This document shows, piece after piece, positions 12,163 through 25,844 of a stretch of 64,000 nucleotides of DNA; within the stretch, counting starts at the first letter, position 1, and each line of letters begins with the position of its first letter. Under the pieces are notes generated by a model. The model was not told the origin of the DNA. It did no database searches and saw nothing but the letters and a program-made list of their open reading frames with translations. This DNA is from Trichosphaerium sp. ATCC 40318. Taxonomy: Eukaryota; Protista; Tubulinea. The stretch lies in assembly GCA_038496445.1 (NCBI GenBank), contig JALMLS010000320.1:62001-126000 (forward strand), read 5' to 3'. Both the position numbers and the translations under genes were made by a program.

Positions 12163-12641
12163 ACTACTTGTAGTACCTCATGCCAATAAAAAACCCGTAC
12201 CCTTCCTCCTTAGCAAACATTGTGTTAAGTTTCTATCGACGTTTTCAATACCATGCTGCAGGTGGGTGATGTTGTCAAAAGTAATAAAAACCGGCACAGC
12301 ACGGCTTGAGCACGTGATGAAGTAAACAAACTCTTACATGTTTGTTAATCTCGTAAAAATGAACGTTATTTCATGCCAATTTCAAAAAATGTTCTTGAGC
12401 CTCCCAAGGTATTATACAAACAGTAGATGATTTAGAGAATGTTATACTGGCAAGTTTAAATGAGACAGGCGATCACGCTAGTTTTACAGTAGTCGAAGAG
12501 GTGGCAATTTTACATTTACTTCTACAGTATTTATTTTTTTTGTTTTTGTTCTTTTTTTTTTGTACATTTTACAGTACAGCCAAGTGTTTTAACATAAAAG
12601 CACTTAAGATGTACATCACTACGTATATATAAACCAATACG

Positions 12642-15600
12642 CTATGTTCCAGTTTCATCAAACAAAAGTAAAATTTGTTCTGCCTAGAAAAAGGGAGTCA
12701 ATAAAACACAAATGTGCATTTCAAAAGAATAATTTTTTTCAGCTAATAAAAAACTCGACCACACAGTCTTACAGACGAAATTCAACTGTGTAAAGCAACT
12801 CAAGCGTGACACTTAATAAAATACAACATGAAGAAAACACTGAGATAGTGATGGAAAGAAATAATAGACTGAAAAAGTTTCAAACAAAAAAAAAAAAGAA
12901 AGCAAAGAAAAAAACTACTCACCAATTCTCTCTTTACAGAATCGGTACTACTCTCGCTTTCTAAGAATCTACCACCAATAGCATCAGATACAATAGAATC
13001 TACTCCATCACGAAGTCTTAATGTATTCGTTTGAAGAGTAGGCTCTTCAGACGCCATAAGTTCACTCCAAAAGTTATCAACCTCATCACGTATAGCCAAC
13101 ACTTGTGGGCTAATACCCGTATTGGAAAATCCTCTATCTCTACCTTTACGTGGAGGTAGAGGTCTTATACTTGGCGTCTGTTCAACAGCATCAACAAAGA
13201 ACAACTCAATGTCATTGCGTATTTGTATAACTGCTTCACTTGGAAGTGAAGCAACAGATAAGTTTCTATGTAGTTCATCTTCTTTATCAACCTTTGTATT
13301 ATCAAAGGCATCCTAGACAAAGAAATGTAAGTACATTCCTCAAAATAACAACTAAAGACATACTCTGACTGATTGACGAACAGAACGTATCCGTTGTTGT
13401 GTACGATTTCGTTCTTCTATGGAACTCTGAAAAAAAGGGTAAGAATAGAATGTAATGACTTGAAAAAAAAAAAAAAAAAAAAGACGTACTCCTCTAGGTG
13501 ATACAATAAGTCTTTCCATATCATCTAATCCTTCTAGAACTTTAGTCCTTAACATATAAAATGAAGAAGGACTCTTTATTTGTTCTTTAATACCGTCTAA
13601 AAACGTAGACAAAGGCTGAGCGACACCAACAACCTAAAGAAAGAAAAACAATTAACAAACAAAAAAAAGCAAGGCAAGTTCACGGAAAGAATGAGTTCAC
13701 AAGAACGTACATTCCTACGTGTTGAGATCTCAGGATCACTCTTTACTTTGCGACCTGTAGGAGAAGTAACACTAGTAATTACATCCGTTGTATGAGGTAG
13801 TTTTGATTCCATAGTCTTGAGAGCTGCCAACCTTTTTATTTCTTCTTCTTTCTCTCGTAGCTCTTTTAATCGTCTCATACTCTCATCATGTTTCTGTCGT
13901 AGCATCTCTTCAAGACGCTTATGCTCTTCAGCTTTTCTTTCTCTATTTAATCTCTGACGCTCTTCTTCTTCTTGCCTCTCCTTCTCAAGCTTCAAGCGTT
14001 CCTCTTCAATCTATAAAGAACCAAAAAAATCAGCTTCAAAACTTTTTTTATCAGTGTACCCTTTGGCGCTCTGCAGCAACTCTTTGCTGCTCTTCCTCTG
14101 CTTGTGCTTTCATTGCAGCTATTTCCTGTTGAGCTGATATCTTCATAGCATCTATCTCTTGCTGAATCATTTCTTTAGCTTCTGCAGCTCGTTTTCTCTC
14201 TTCTTCAGCAACACGGCGCCTGTTGGGTTTTTTTATTTAGTCACACTTTACTATTCACTTGCGTCGTACCATTTAGCTGCTTCCTCCTCGAATTTTTGGA
14301 CGTTAGATTGTGCGGTAGGTCTAGTTTGTGGTTGTGGTTCAATAGGATCTGATGGTTCAGACACATAAAGGTGTTGAGCACTCACGCTTTTTTTCATGGC
14401 TGAAAAAAAAAAAGTAAATGATCATCACCTTTTTTTTACTAATAGGTTAACTGGTTGGGTAACGCACATGTCTTTGTGGACTCTTCAGTTCCATTATCTA
14501 CAGTCAATCCTATGCGATATCTATCATACAATCCCTTGATAGCAGAGCTATCCGATGCAACCGTTGTAGGTGCTTCAATACTGATGTCTTCAGCACTCGA
14601 ATCAAAATCGTCAGCTTCTTCCACAGCAGTGGGCTTTCCAACATCTTCAATGTGCAATGAAAATCGTGGATTCTGCTCTAGATATGCACGTTAACTTTAT
14701 TAACATTATGGAGACGTACGATTAACCTCATACGAATTATTATTGAGGTCGAAGGACTAAAACTTTAAGTGAGTCTTGATGCTTCTAAAAAAAAACAAAG
14801 AGCCGCAACTTACAAACTCATCACTGTCATCCTTATCCTGAGGTAGTTTGAACGATTCATTGTGTGTAGCACGATTTCTTCCACCTTTTCCCCACGTAGC
14901 TTCAAACTCACGTTTCATAGATCTGAAAAAAAAAAGTCAGAACTAATTCATAAATTAGTACTTCAAATCGTACATTCTGTTGTCTATGTTCATTTCATCG
15001 TCAGCTTGTAAATCACGCATTAACCCATCAATACCATCACAAGCTTCAGATAGATTCTCTCCAACATAAGAAGAGGAATCAGAGTCCGAATTATTGTATG
15101 CAGGTCCAGAAGCAGAGGCAACAGGTTCAAAACGTGCACTCAAAATCTCGCTGTCGTTACTATATTGTACAGATAAATTCTTCTTTAGCCTAGGACTTTC
15201 GACATCAAAGCCTCTATCCTCTTCCAAGTCTTTAGCAACAGCTGAGAGACTCTCAGCACTATATAATAAACATTAAGAAATGCTGAACTAAAACAACTAA
15301 ACGTACGTCTCAACGCTACTGCTTGATTCGGAAGAAGATGCATTATCGCTAGCCATAAACAAGCCATCGCTTGTTATTGTTAATTCACGTGTATGTCTCA
15401 TCATACGACGATTTTTACGCCGCTTTAACAGCTCGACTTGTTGTTGCATAAACTCCATACTATCAACACGATCGCGTACATTACTGGCTACTAAAAAATG
15501 GAGTAAATAAACAAGTAATGGTTGTGAAACAAGAACAAGGCGGTGAGAATATCAACGAATGAGATCATATTGAAATTTCGAACCTGGGTTATACGATGAT

Positions 15601-18600
15601 GTGCCAGCAGTTTCCTGTTCTGAATCATGAGGATCCATTGTATGTACATATAGACTTTCAGGAACCATATCTTCCTACATATACTTTAAGACGTCATTGT
15701 GAACAACAAAGAAATGTCTTACCTGTGGTCTTATTCCCTTTAGTACACTCTTTGCTAGTTCATCTTTAGTTCGTGCACTAAGTGGTTTTTGTGGCTGATT
15801 AACAGGATTTTTATTTACTGGAGGGAATGGAGGAAGGTTCCTTAAAAGAACAAACAAGTTAGCAAAAAGTGTTCATCTTTTTTTATATTACCTAGCAGAC
15901 TTCTTGCTTTTACGGTATGACTTCCTTTTATTGGGTCTCTGAGGTAATTCTGGTAAGATACTCTCTTCTTCAGACCGACCATGTTCAATTTTAGGTATGC
16001 CAGAAGAACTAGGGGATATTTGTTGATCATAAGTGCCCACTCTATCACTCTAACAAAAAAACAGTGTTAGCACAAAAAAAAAATACAACAACTTACCTTC
16101 AGCCTAGACAGCTTTCTAAGCGATAACAGACGTTTAACCCTTCTAAACCGTGAAGGGCTTGCCTTAGTATCAGATGTACCAGATAAACTCTCTGCCCTAC
16201 TATGGGATTTCAGTATAGGCACTCTTCTTTGATTAGAACCAGAGGAAGAAGCCTCTTCCTATTGAAAAAATAAGTCATTTGCTTTCCATCTTAACAAATA
16301 TATTCTTCGTAAACATACAGCTGAATTAACTATGTCGCCAATCTCCTTAGCAACATCAATTGCAGGCATTTGAATAGAGCCTTCATGAGAAGCACCATGA
16401 ATATCAATCGTGTTTGCTACAGCAGGCATTGATCCCAATACACGTGAGCGCTGTACATCAAGAGATTTTGTTTGTCGATGAAGTTCTAAGAAAGTAAGCT
16501 TTGCATTTGTTTGAAAGTTAAAATAAGTACCTAACTTTCCTTGGGGGCGTCCGATATTCTTTGGTATCTTGCTAAGGCAATGTTAGAATATTGTGACGTG
16601 TCCACATGTACGTACTTGTTTCCAGGCACTTTAAGACTTTCTTGGCTAATAGAAGTCTTCCTATCTCGTAACTTTTGCCCCAGTTTGGTTCGAAGTGTCT
16701 GCAGGAAAAAAGGTGAGTCTTTGGAATTCAAAAAAACTCGTACAATCACACTAGAACTATCATTCTTCTCTTCTACAGGTGCTTTACCACACACAGTGAG
16801 CATAGCTCCAATGACAGCGAATATAGCTACGAAAATAAGTTAGAAGAAAGGTGTGAAGAAGCATTGAGGTTTTTCAATATTTGACATACATGCTGTTGCT
16901 TTAGTCCTCAGTTGTATCTTTTTAGAATTTCTACTAAGGTCAACATGCTTTAATAAGAATTGATTGTCTTTTAATCGCATCCGTATAAGCTTGATCAAAC
17001 CCAAAGGAATTTTCATGACATGCTAGGATAATAACAAAGTCAACAACAATAACAAAAAAATTAAAACATGTTTTTTGACTTCGTACATTTGATATGACGA
17101 ATGTAACTGTTATCTCTGTAGATGAAATAGAATATACTGTATAACCTAACCAAACCTATAATTATAATAATTATTAGAAGAAAAAAGAAATAAACAAGAA
17201 AGTTTAACGAGCGAAAAAATAACGTACGTTCCGTGGAGAAAATGTTGAACAAGAAAGGATAATACTTTTCCGTTTTTGCATTAATTCATTCACACGAAAC
17301 TCTTTTGTAGAACGAATCTTATCATACAACTCTGTAATTCTGTCCTCAGATAATCCAGTGAATTTATATTTTGTGCCCCTACACGTAATTACAAAACACA
17401 TAAAAACAAAAAAAATCTCCAAAAATTAATATTAAGAAGTTCTCATGTATGCTCACCTGCAATCAGAAATACAAATAGATGTCTGTCTTTTTTCGACAAT
17501 AGAGCAACCTAGGAGTCTTATTACTCCTTCTAGATTATCATCCAATTCAGTAATATCCTAAAACAGATATCAATATCTAAATGTGATCTAATTTATATTA
17601 TAGTACGTTTTTTGCACTGTACAGCCGTATGTGTTTGTTTGTAAGAGCATACCAAACAGGCTTTGATCCACTACTATTTTCTTGTTTTAGATCATCTGTA
17701 TGTATTACAACTTCGTTGGACTGGAGGAGTTAGCATGGCGTTTAAAAACAAAATACTCCAAAACGTACACTTGGTGAACTTCCACGGCTTAGTACTAAAC
17801 TTCTTCTAAATGCAGCTGCCCAAGTATTCCTCTCTTCTAAATTCTCTGCAGTGAAGTGATATGTAGTCCCATTTAACATTGTCAAGGAGAAGTTATAGCC
17901 ACGTTTCTAAATTTTAATGACATTTTTGCAACAAAGTACCAAAAAAAAAAAGAAAATCATTTGTCAAGTGTTGTACTTACATTCTTTATATCTGTGGTTT
18001 TAAGTTCGATACTACGGACTTCTGAAAGTTCAAAGAATAATTTTAGTGTTTGTACATCATTTTCGAACTTCTATAGAGAGGTGTTAAAGAAAAGTTTCGA
18101 AATGAAAACAAAGAAAAAAAAAAAGAAACCATGTCACACAAAAAATACAACGTGAAGCGTACAGGTGGTTTTTCGTAACAGGAGCAACGGTGTGCATGCA
18201 AAATAATGTAACGGCGTCGCCAAGCGCTTCCGACACTAGTTGTACGTGATGTACTTTGTTGTACCCAACCAGCTGGTGCTGCCGCTCTTGAAAATCGCTG
18301 AGCCTCTTTAATTGCATAATTTAAAGCGTATCTAGAAGAGGTAAGGTAAGTATTACTACAAATCCAAAAAAATCATTTCCTATTTTACATACCGCCAGCA
18401 TGTCAATTCATCCTGTGGTGCTGTGAGAATGTACTGTTTATCTATGTTATGTTATTAAGCGTATTATTCTTATCGTTTACAACAGTGTGGATGACATTTT
18501 GTAATTTGTTTAGTAATTTTGTGAGTTTTGTCACGTACTGACGCGTGTCTTTAATACGAACGATTTTTCAGTATCCTTAACAATCTGTGCGCCACATAAT

Positions 18601-18909
18601 ATCAACTGACCCTTCAATTTTTCGGCGTTATCCTCTTCTTGCTTTAAACAAAATGTTACGCCGGTTTGGGTTAGATGCAACGTAAATACAACGTACTGGA
18701 GGTGCGGAATAATAATTAAAGTATGCACCACGCACAACGCAGTATCTTTTCCTTTCGTTCTTTTTTTTATGTCCTTTACCTCCTCGCTTTGACAACCAAC
18801 CACTACGCAGAGTTGTCGTAAATAAAAGTGTATTATAACAAGTGATCGCCTAATATTGTGCTATAATGCGCTATGGTACTTGCCTGCATATTGCGTTAAA
18901 CTCTTCCAT
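12642..18909 (-). CDS. Large protein with three N-terminal PH domains, low-complexity middle and coiled coil
   Basis: Spliced exons give SGWLSKRGG...RKRYCVVRG (PH1), AGWVQQ...WRRRYIIL...EERNTWAAAF (PH2) and PVWYALTNKHIRLY...GVIRLLGCSI (PH3); E/R/K-rich coiled coil near 13800-14300; ends LLFDETGT*. Confidence 0.75.
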
Positions 18910-19153
18910 TTTATTGCGATAAATTTGCTAGATTGCTAGCAAAGCATCCACAACTACGCTATAGCGCAGGTCTGGTACACAGCACAGGTTTTAACGTTTT
19001 GACTGACACTTGACTGTGCTAAACTATCGTTTCAAGTACTAGCAGTTCCTATGCCATGCAAGTACCTGTCTACTAGACTGGCGACTACTGTAATTAAATC
19101 GAGATAAAAGCGTTAAGTCGGTTCTCATCAACTTTACAATTACAAGCGATGCA

Positions 19154-19740
19154 ATGCAAAGGATACGCGAAGCGGAGCTAGAAGACGAAAAGGAAAAGCT
19201 GGCACGCCAAACCTTGGCAGCGTCATTTCTCGATACCTTGCATGGCCCAGCTGACACTAAGCTACGCCCTTTACTTGATGAGTTGCAGTACGTTTTTGTA
19301 AATGTGAATTTCTTTAACAATACGTTCAGAGAGAACCAAGAACGTTGGCAAATGCGCCTAACAGAGGAAAATAACAATATGGAACAACGGTTGGCAAGTC
19401 TGCACTCTACAAGCTATGTGGTACGCTATTAGCGATAAATAAACCTACGTTCTCATTATCTAAGTACAGTTTGCACAACTACCAATTTACCAAGCGAAAA
19501 TGGCTGCTATTAAAAAAGACATGGCGTATATTACAAATACAATGCAAAAACTAAAGACAAGAACAGCCCGATTGCAACAGACGCGTGAAAAGGTACACGA
19601 CTTGTCAATTTTTTGCTCTATACTAATGGTTACCCTAGAACGCTGTTGCGGCTGCCAAGAAAGAAGATTTGTTGAAAGCAACACTGGCAGAAGGTGTCAC
19701 ATCTCCTACTAAAAGAAAAACTCGAGTGTCGAAACAATAG
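19154..19740 (+). CDS. BLOC1S6: BLOC-1 subunit 6 (pallidin)-like
   Basis: LDELQENQERWQMRLTEEN...FAQLPIYQAKMAAIKKDM...KLKTRTARLQQTREK follows the pallidin/snapin coiled-coil pattern. Confidence 0.7.
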
Positions 19741-19918
19741 GCGTTAGTGACGCTCAGTGCCAACGAATTCGATAGCAAAATAGTACTCTTGGGTCAGTAC
19801 ACAAATGTTAAATAACAAGACTGTTGTACAAAAGTCAAAAGCAGCAATTATTGCTCATTATTATAAACAACAGCACTTCTATTTAGTTTACATGGTTTAA
19901 AACCCAAACTAACAGGAA

Positions 19919-22900
19919 ATGTCAATACCACACTTCGGGGTTCTTTATCGATTAATTCTACCTCTTATACTTGTTGGAATAGTATATATACACGCTCAGG
20001 GGCTAGAAACTAGTTATGGCGCTGTGGAACCTGCAGTTCCCCCAAATGATGCCCTACGCGCAGAAACAACGACAGAAGCTCCAGTAAGCGCTCCACCAAC
20101 AAATTCTACGCCAACAGCGCCCACAAAGGCACCAGCTACTCTACCACCTACAACGGCGGCCCCAACAACAGCGTCACCTACACTCCCACCAAGCACTAAA
20201 CCACCAACCACTAAACCGCCCACAACTGACGCACCAACCAAACCACCAACGCCAACACCAACTACAAAGCCACCTACGCTTCCCCCAACAACAGTACCGT
20301 ACGTAAATTTCCAGTGACAAGTAACTAACATTGTAAAAAGACCAACGATGCCTAAAGTCAAGTGTTTATACAACTGTTTTGGTCATGGTAAATGCGATTT
20401 CACAAATGGCAAGTGTAAGTGTACCAAGCCGTATGCTGGAACATATTGTAGATTCCGTACGTTTGTAGTTAAACAAGTCATACACCATCTCTGATAAGTC
20501 TTGTAAAGCACAGCAAAGTGTCAACATAAACAAACCAATGCAGGTTTCTCTTGGTGCCTTGGATGGAGCATACTTTACACACAACGTACGAATATTACCA
20601 TAAAAATAGGAACAAAAAGTTTTTTTTTTTTATTACTTTTCACTTGCTATGACTCCATTGAATATCTTGTTTTATATCTTTATCTACCTTGATACGCGAT
20701 TGTGGCACTTTTAAAGCGACTATAAGGTTATATAAAACTCGCCATCGCTCACACAAGCATAACCTTAACGTGTCATCTTTTTTTAATTTAATATCATGAT
20801 TGACGCTTATGCCTTTTAATTAGATACCATCAATTACGGCCATCCTTACGTTCACAGTAACATCCTCAGAGAGTGACTATTTAATGTTCGTAAGACATGG
20901 AACAGAGTTACCAACACAGTCTGAATACGATTTTTCTAACCAAGACCTTGTACACTTTAAATAACAATTCCTCTTTTGTTTGTTAACAATTTGTAGTCAA
21001 AAAAAGACAGAATAATGGCAATAGATGGTCCGCCTAGTGGTATGTGGACACTTCTTATGATCAATGGACTCAACAGTGAATTCCAATGTACTTTGGATGT
21101 AAAACTTGATGGTATGGAGTACATGAGCATTTAACAGGCTAAATGTTTACTTACACTGTAGATGCTTGCCCAAATGAATGTAGTTCACATGGTGTATGCC
21201 TTAATGGAAATAATGCTGGTAACTGCAGTTGTCACGAAGGATGGACTCTTCCAGATTGTTCCCAGCGTAAGTTTTAAGTTGTTCTCCAAACAAAATTTAT
21301 CTGAGCTTACTTTAAGGTAATACAACATTAATTGACGGCGATCAGATGACTAGTACAATTGCAGTTGCTCGTATGGATACATATCATTTGTATGTAAACA
21401 CTAGTGTGATCACCATGTCAGTGTCTGTCGACCAATCATCTATACCAAAAGGCGTAGAATTGACTTCTTGCGTACTGTTTGCACAAGAGCCAGGCAAGGT
21501 AAGTACCTCTTTATCTTCTTTTTGTTACCTAAAATTTACTCCGGGAATAGGCACTTACATCTGTTGACTATATGTTCTGTGAGAAACTTTCGGATTACGA
21601 AGCGTCTATAACTATTGAGCAGCCTGGAGACAATATTTGGTAACTTGTTATTTTTCACTTTAGTTTTGTACAAATCTAATTATCATTCTCTCTTGAAGGA
21701 CCCTTGGTGTTTGGGGACTTTCCACTTTTCAATATACAGTGGATTGGACAAGTCAAGCAATATGTCCTAATGATTGCAACGGAGTTGTGAAATGTAATTC
21801 AAGTGTAAGTATCATTATCTTGCTGAAAATATTTCTCAAATTTCAAAACGTTCTCACCCACGAGCCCAACAAAACAAAATTCTAATAATTATTTTAGGGT
21901 AAGTGCAATTGCCCAAAACACTATCTAGGTGAAGATTGCTCTGACTGTACGAACTTGTTATGAACTCAAACGTTAAGGGTAATTTTTTTTTCTTATTTTT
22001 TTCTCATAGATACAGAAACGATTCAACCGAACTCCTCAGTTCAAGGAAATCTTATTTCTGGATGGAGATACTATGAAGTAGAAGATCTTATTAGTGACGA
22101 TACTTTTTCTTGTAATATATTATTGGCTATAAACGATCCTGCACCATTAAGTGTATACCTACAATATAACAAACCGCCGACTTCTTTAAAATATTTAAGA
22201 AGAGTTGTTTGTGATAACACGCAATACTGTAATATAACGTACGAATTGTTCTTTTCTAGGTGATATTTTTGGTTTTGCGTTGAGGTTGCACGACTTTAAT
22301 TACAACCTTTTTTGGTTTCATTGTTTTTTTTCTCTTTTTCTTTTTTTTGTTGTTTTTCTTTGTTTCGACTAACTCACTTCAGAGCATTTCAATTACCTCA
22401 AAATGGTACATATTATATAGGAGTTTATCGAGACGGTGATGTTCAGCTTAAATACTCGTTGTCTCTTGGATCAGTTGGTTCGTAGCTCTTTCTTCGCATA
22501 ATATTCTTATTTCTAATTTAACTCTTACCTCTAATTTAGTGGGTTGTCCGAACTCGTGCTCTGGTTATGGTAATTGTAGTATGAATCACACATGTGAGTG
22601 CCCTGAGTTCCGTAACATTAGCAGTGATTGCTCAACATGTACGTCATGTGACTTTATTTTCAAGTTTATTCTTACCACTGTACTAGATTTGCGTGTTTTG
22701 GGTGATGAAGCGGTTGAAAAAGTTCACATACAAGCTGGTATGATATCATGCATTTGAACTTATACCTAGTAACTGTTTTCTAACAGGCGAGTGGCATTAC
22801 TACCAAGCAGTGATAGAAAACGTTACAACTTTATCAGCTGTATTAACATCAGATACAAACGAAACACTTGGGTTGTATGCCAATGTTTTTGATTATCCTT

Positions 22901-25385
22901 CTTTCCTTCAATACGTAGCAAAATCAAGGTCAGAACAGCTAACATCTCAAATATTCTTGGAGGTACGTACATACGAACAAAAGGATTGTTTGAAAAAAAA
23001 GTGTTAAATCTATTCAAAAAAGTTCACTTTCTTACTTTTAGGGTACTTCGAATATTGAGTTTGGAGTTTGGTATTTTGGTATCTATTCACCGGTTGATCA
23101 AATTTATAATTTTCAACTAACATTAGAACGTACATACCTCTGAAGAATGCTTTCTTTCTTTCTTTTTTTTTTCTTTTTTTTTTGGCTCATTCTATCATTC
23201 TGCTGACTGCGTTGTTAGGTAATTGTCCTCGTAATTGCTCAGATCACGGTAGTTGTATTGGTTCAGTTTGCCAATGTCTAAGTCCTTACGTTGGAGGTCA
23301 GTAACACTCGTCGTATTTTGATTCTTTTTTTTTTGTCTTTACCAGAATTTATTCTTGCGATTCTTATCTTGGCTTGTATAGATGATTGTAGTGCTCAGGA
23401 TTTAACCCTAACTCCTGGATTATCTATGTATGGAAAAGTAAAATTTGATCAATGGAATTACTATCACGTTGAAGTCAAAGGTCAAGACGCTCTTAAAATA
23501 GTCGTATGTGTACCACTTATAGCGGCTTCTTTCTTGCTATGGTTTGGTTGATTGTTTTGTCTCTAATCAGCTCTTTTACAGGTAGAAGAAGTAAACGTTA
23601 AACCATCCAAACTTGGTACGTTAAAAGTTATTTACTGTAGTCCCAACATCCTTTGGTATTGCTCCATATTTAAAACGATTTCGCGGTTTTTTTTCTGATT
23701 CTGGTTCAGACTGTCAAGCTCGTATCTTTCTTGATATAAAGGCTTACTTTTAGTCTGCCACGTATTAACCTTATTTTTAGGATTAGTATGGCTATTCCTT
23801 TCAAAGTCTCAACGGCCAACGGTCTACATAAACGACTATCAGTGCGTTAACATTTGTTTTAATTGTTTTAAATTTAACATGCATTTCTTAGTAATCAGTC
23901 GACATCAGGTGTTCATGTCATCTTTGTTGACTCTGCACATGCTGCAGGTACATGGCATATTGGTGTTACAGGTACGTTTAATAGAGTTTATTAGAAGAAC
24001 TTTGCTAATAGCTGCCCAAAAGGGTCTCCACGTATTATTGATCGTAGTGCTGCTTCTTTTGCAATATGGGGTACTTAACATCGTTTATTTCCTATCTTCT
24101 GATTGTTTGGTCCCTTCATAGCGTACAATGGATGCAAGTCTTATTCTTCTTGTGGATTATGCGTTTCTGATCCTAATTGTGGATGGTGTAGAAAAGATCT
24201 TTATGATCCAAGCAAAGGTAAAGATATATGGCTGTTTCGATTTTTTTTTCTTTGTTCTAGCACGTGGTTTTCTCTAACTTTTATCAAGGGTCATGTACAA
24301 CTGGAGATCGTAATACTGCACAAGGAGATTATTGTATACTATACACGTTTGATAGTTGTGCATATGACCACAGTCAGAAGATTACACTTCGCAGAGTGCG
24401 TCCTATAATTAAGAGTTTTTTTCATTGAAAACATTCGTTGTGATTAATGTCTTTAGGGTGTTTGGGTCGGTCTTGTTGTAGGTACATTATTTTTTGCATG
24501 TACTCTTGGTATGTGTGCGTTTATATGGAAACGATTCAGGTACTACTCAGCCTGATTTTTGTTCACCTTTGCATTTGATTGTTAATTTTTTTTTCTTCTT
24601 TAGGAAGGATCGCAAGAAAAAACTCAAACCTCATGACTTTGCTCGCCAAGGTCTGACTGAAACAGATAGTACAGAGAAACCAGATAATGAAGTTATTTAT
24701 CCTAACCCAAGATTGACTTCAATACAAACAAGAGAGAGTAAGAAACAACTTAACATTTTCTATTTCTTTCCACTTTTGGATCAAACTTGTCTTTTTCTTT
24801 CATCTCTATGACTACTAGTACTCACAATAACCTCACTTCGTGTACTATATTCTCGTAGAGATGAAAGAAAAGGTTACAATTTGTATATTCATTGATCTTT
24901 GTGTCTGTATTCGTTCTATTGTTTTATAAGTATTATGTATGTATTATTTTTTTTACTTTCTGTTTAAGCATTTGTAGACACAATAAGTTCTTCAATGTTA
25001 GACGCTTCTGGATACTCCTCATTTGGCGCTGAACTTCATAATAGCAGCGATGAAGTACGTTTATATCTCATCAAACGCTGCGTTTTTTTGACTACAAGTA
25101 AAATCTGCAAGAATACGAAATCACAAAGAACTTCTTTTGCCATCATCACTGACTTTGTAGTTTGGCTTTTTTCTTCCTCCTATCCTTAATTTAATTACTA
25201 TAGGATGATATTTTTGGTCCAGACGTTCAAGACTCCCATAATACACCTGATGTAAGTACCACTTATCAAAAGCGTCAATTCTCATTTTTTTCGGATTTTT
25301 TTATCAGCCTTTTTCTTTCTTGCTTCAGCAACTAATACGTTCTTTTTTCAAGTTTGATTTTTATGAACGTGAAGAAACCATATAA
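19919..25385 (+). CDS. Type I membrane protein: signal peptide, Pro/Thr mucin stalk, five tenascin-type EGF modules alternating with beta-sandwich-like domains, PSI domain, TM helix, cytoplasmic tail
   Basis: CPNECSSHGVC, CPNDCNG, CPNSCSGYGNC, CPRNCSDHGSC; PSI-type CKSYSSCGLCVSDPNCGWC; TM VWVGLVVGTLFFACTLGMCAFIW; ends FYEREETI*. Confidence 0.8.
20060..20297 (+). repeat. Coding Pro/Thr-rich imperfect tandem repeat (PPTT/TKPP)
   Basis: APTKAPATLPPTTAAPTT...TKPPTTKPPTT in ORF 19919-20317. Confidence 0.8.
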
Positions 25386-25844
25386 TAAAATATTACCATA
25401 CCAGATGATATAAAAATATCTCACTACAAACTGTACAAAATAAAAGACCTCAATTTTTTAAAAAAGTTGCAACACCCACATGTTCAAGTGATTAGTTGGA
25501 CTAGGCAAGACTGACAATACAAAGTCTTACACGATATATCTAACACTGGCGAGTAGCGACCAATCAAACTGCAATCTTGAAGAAAAGGGCGTTGACATTC
25601 ACAAAGCCTTTATATGATGTACCCTAAAGATATTGAGATGTACAATTCACCAATACCCTACCACCTATAGCAATTCTACCTAATTGCGTGATACAGTTAA
25701 TCACCTTTACTTACTCCTATAGTACATAAAACCTTAAACATATGGCCATTGTGTTTTTGTGTATTCTACAATAAAGCTTTTATTATTTCCTTTTTTTTTT
25801 CTCCTATTTTTTTTCTCTGTTTTTTTCTCTTTTTGTACAAATAT

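Noticed and set aside
18571-18581. GTATCCTTAAC resembling a U12 intron signal
   Set aside because: It lies antisense within a PH-domain exon.
20014-20373. Gly/Val-rich minus-strand ORF
   Set aside because: Reverse complement of the Pro/Thr mucin repeat.
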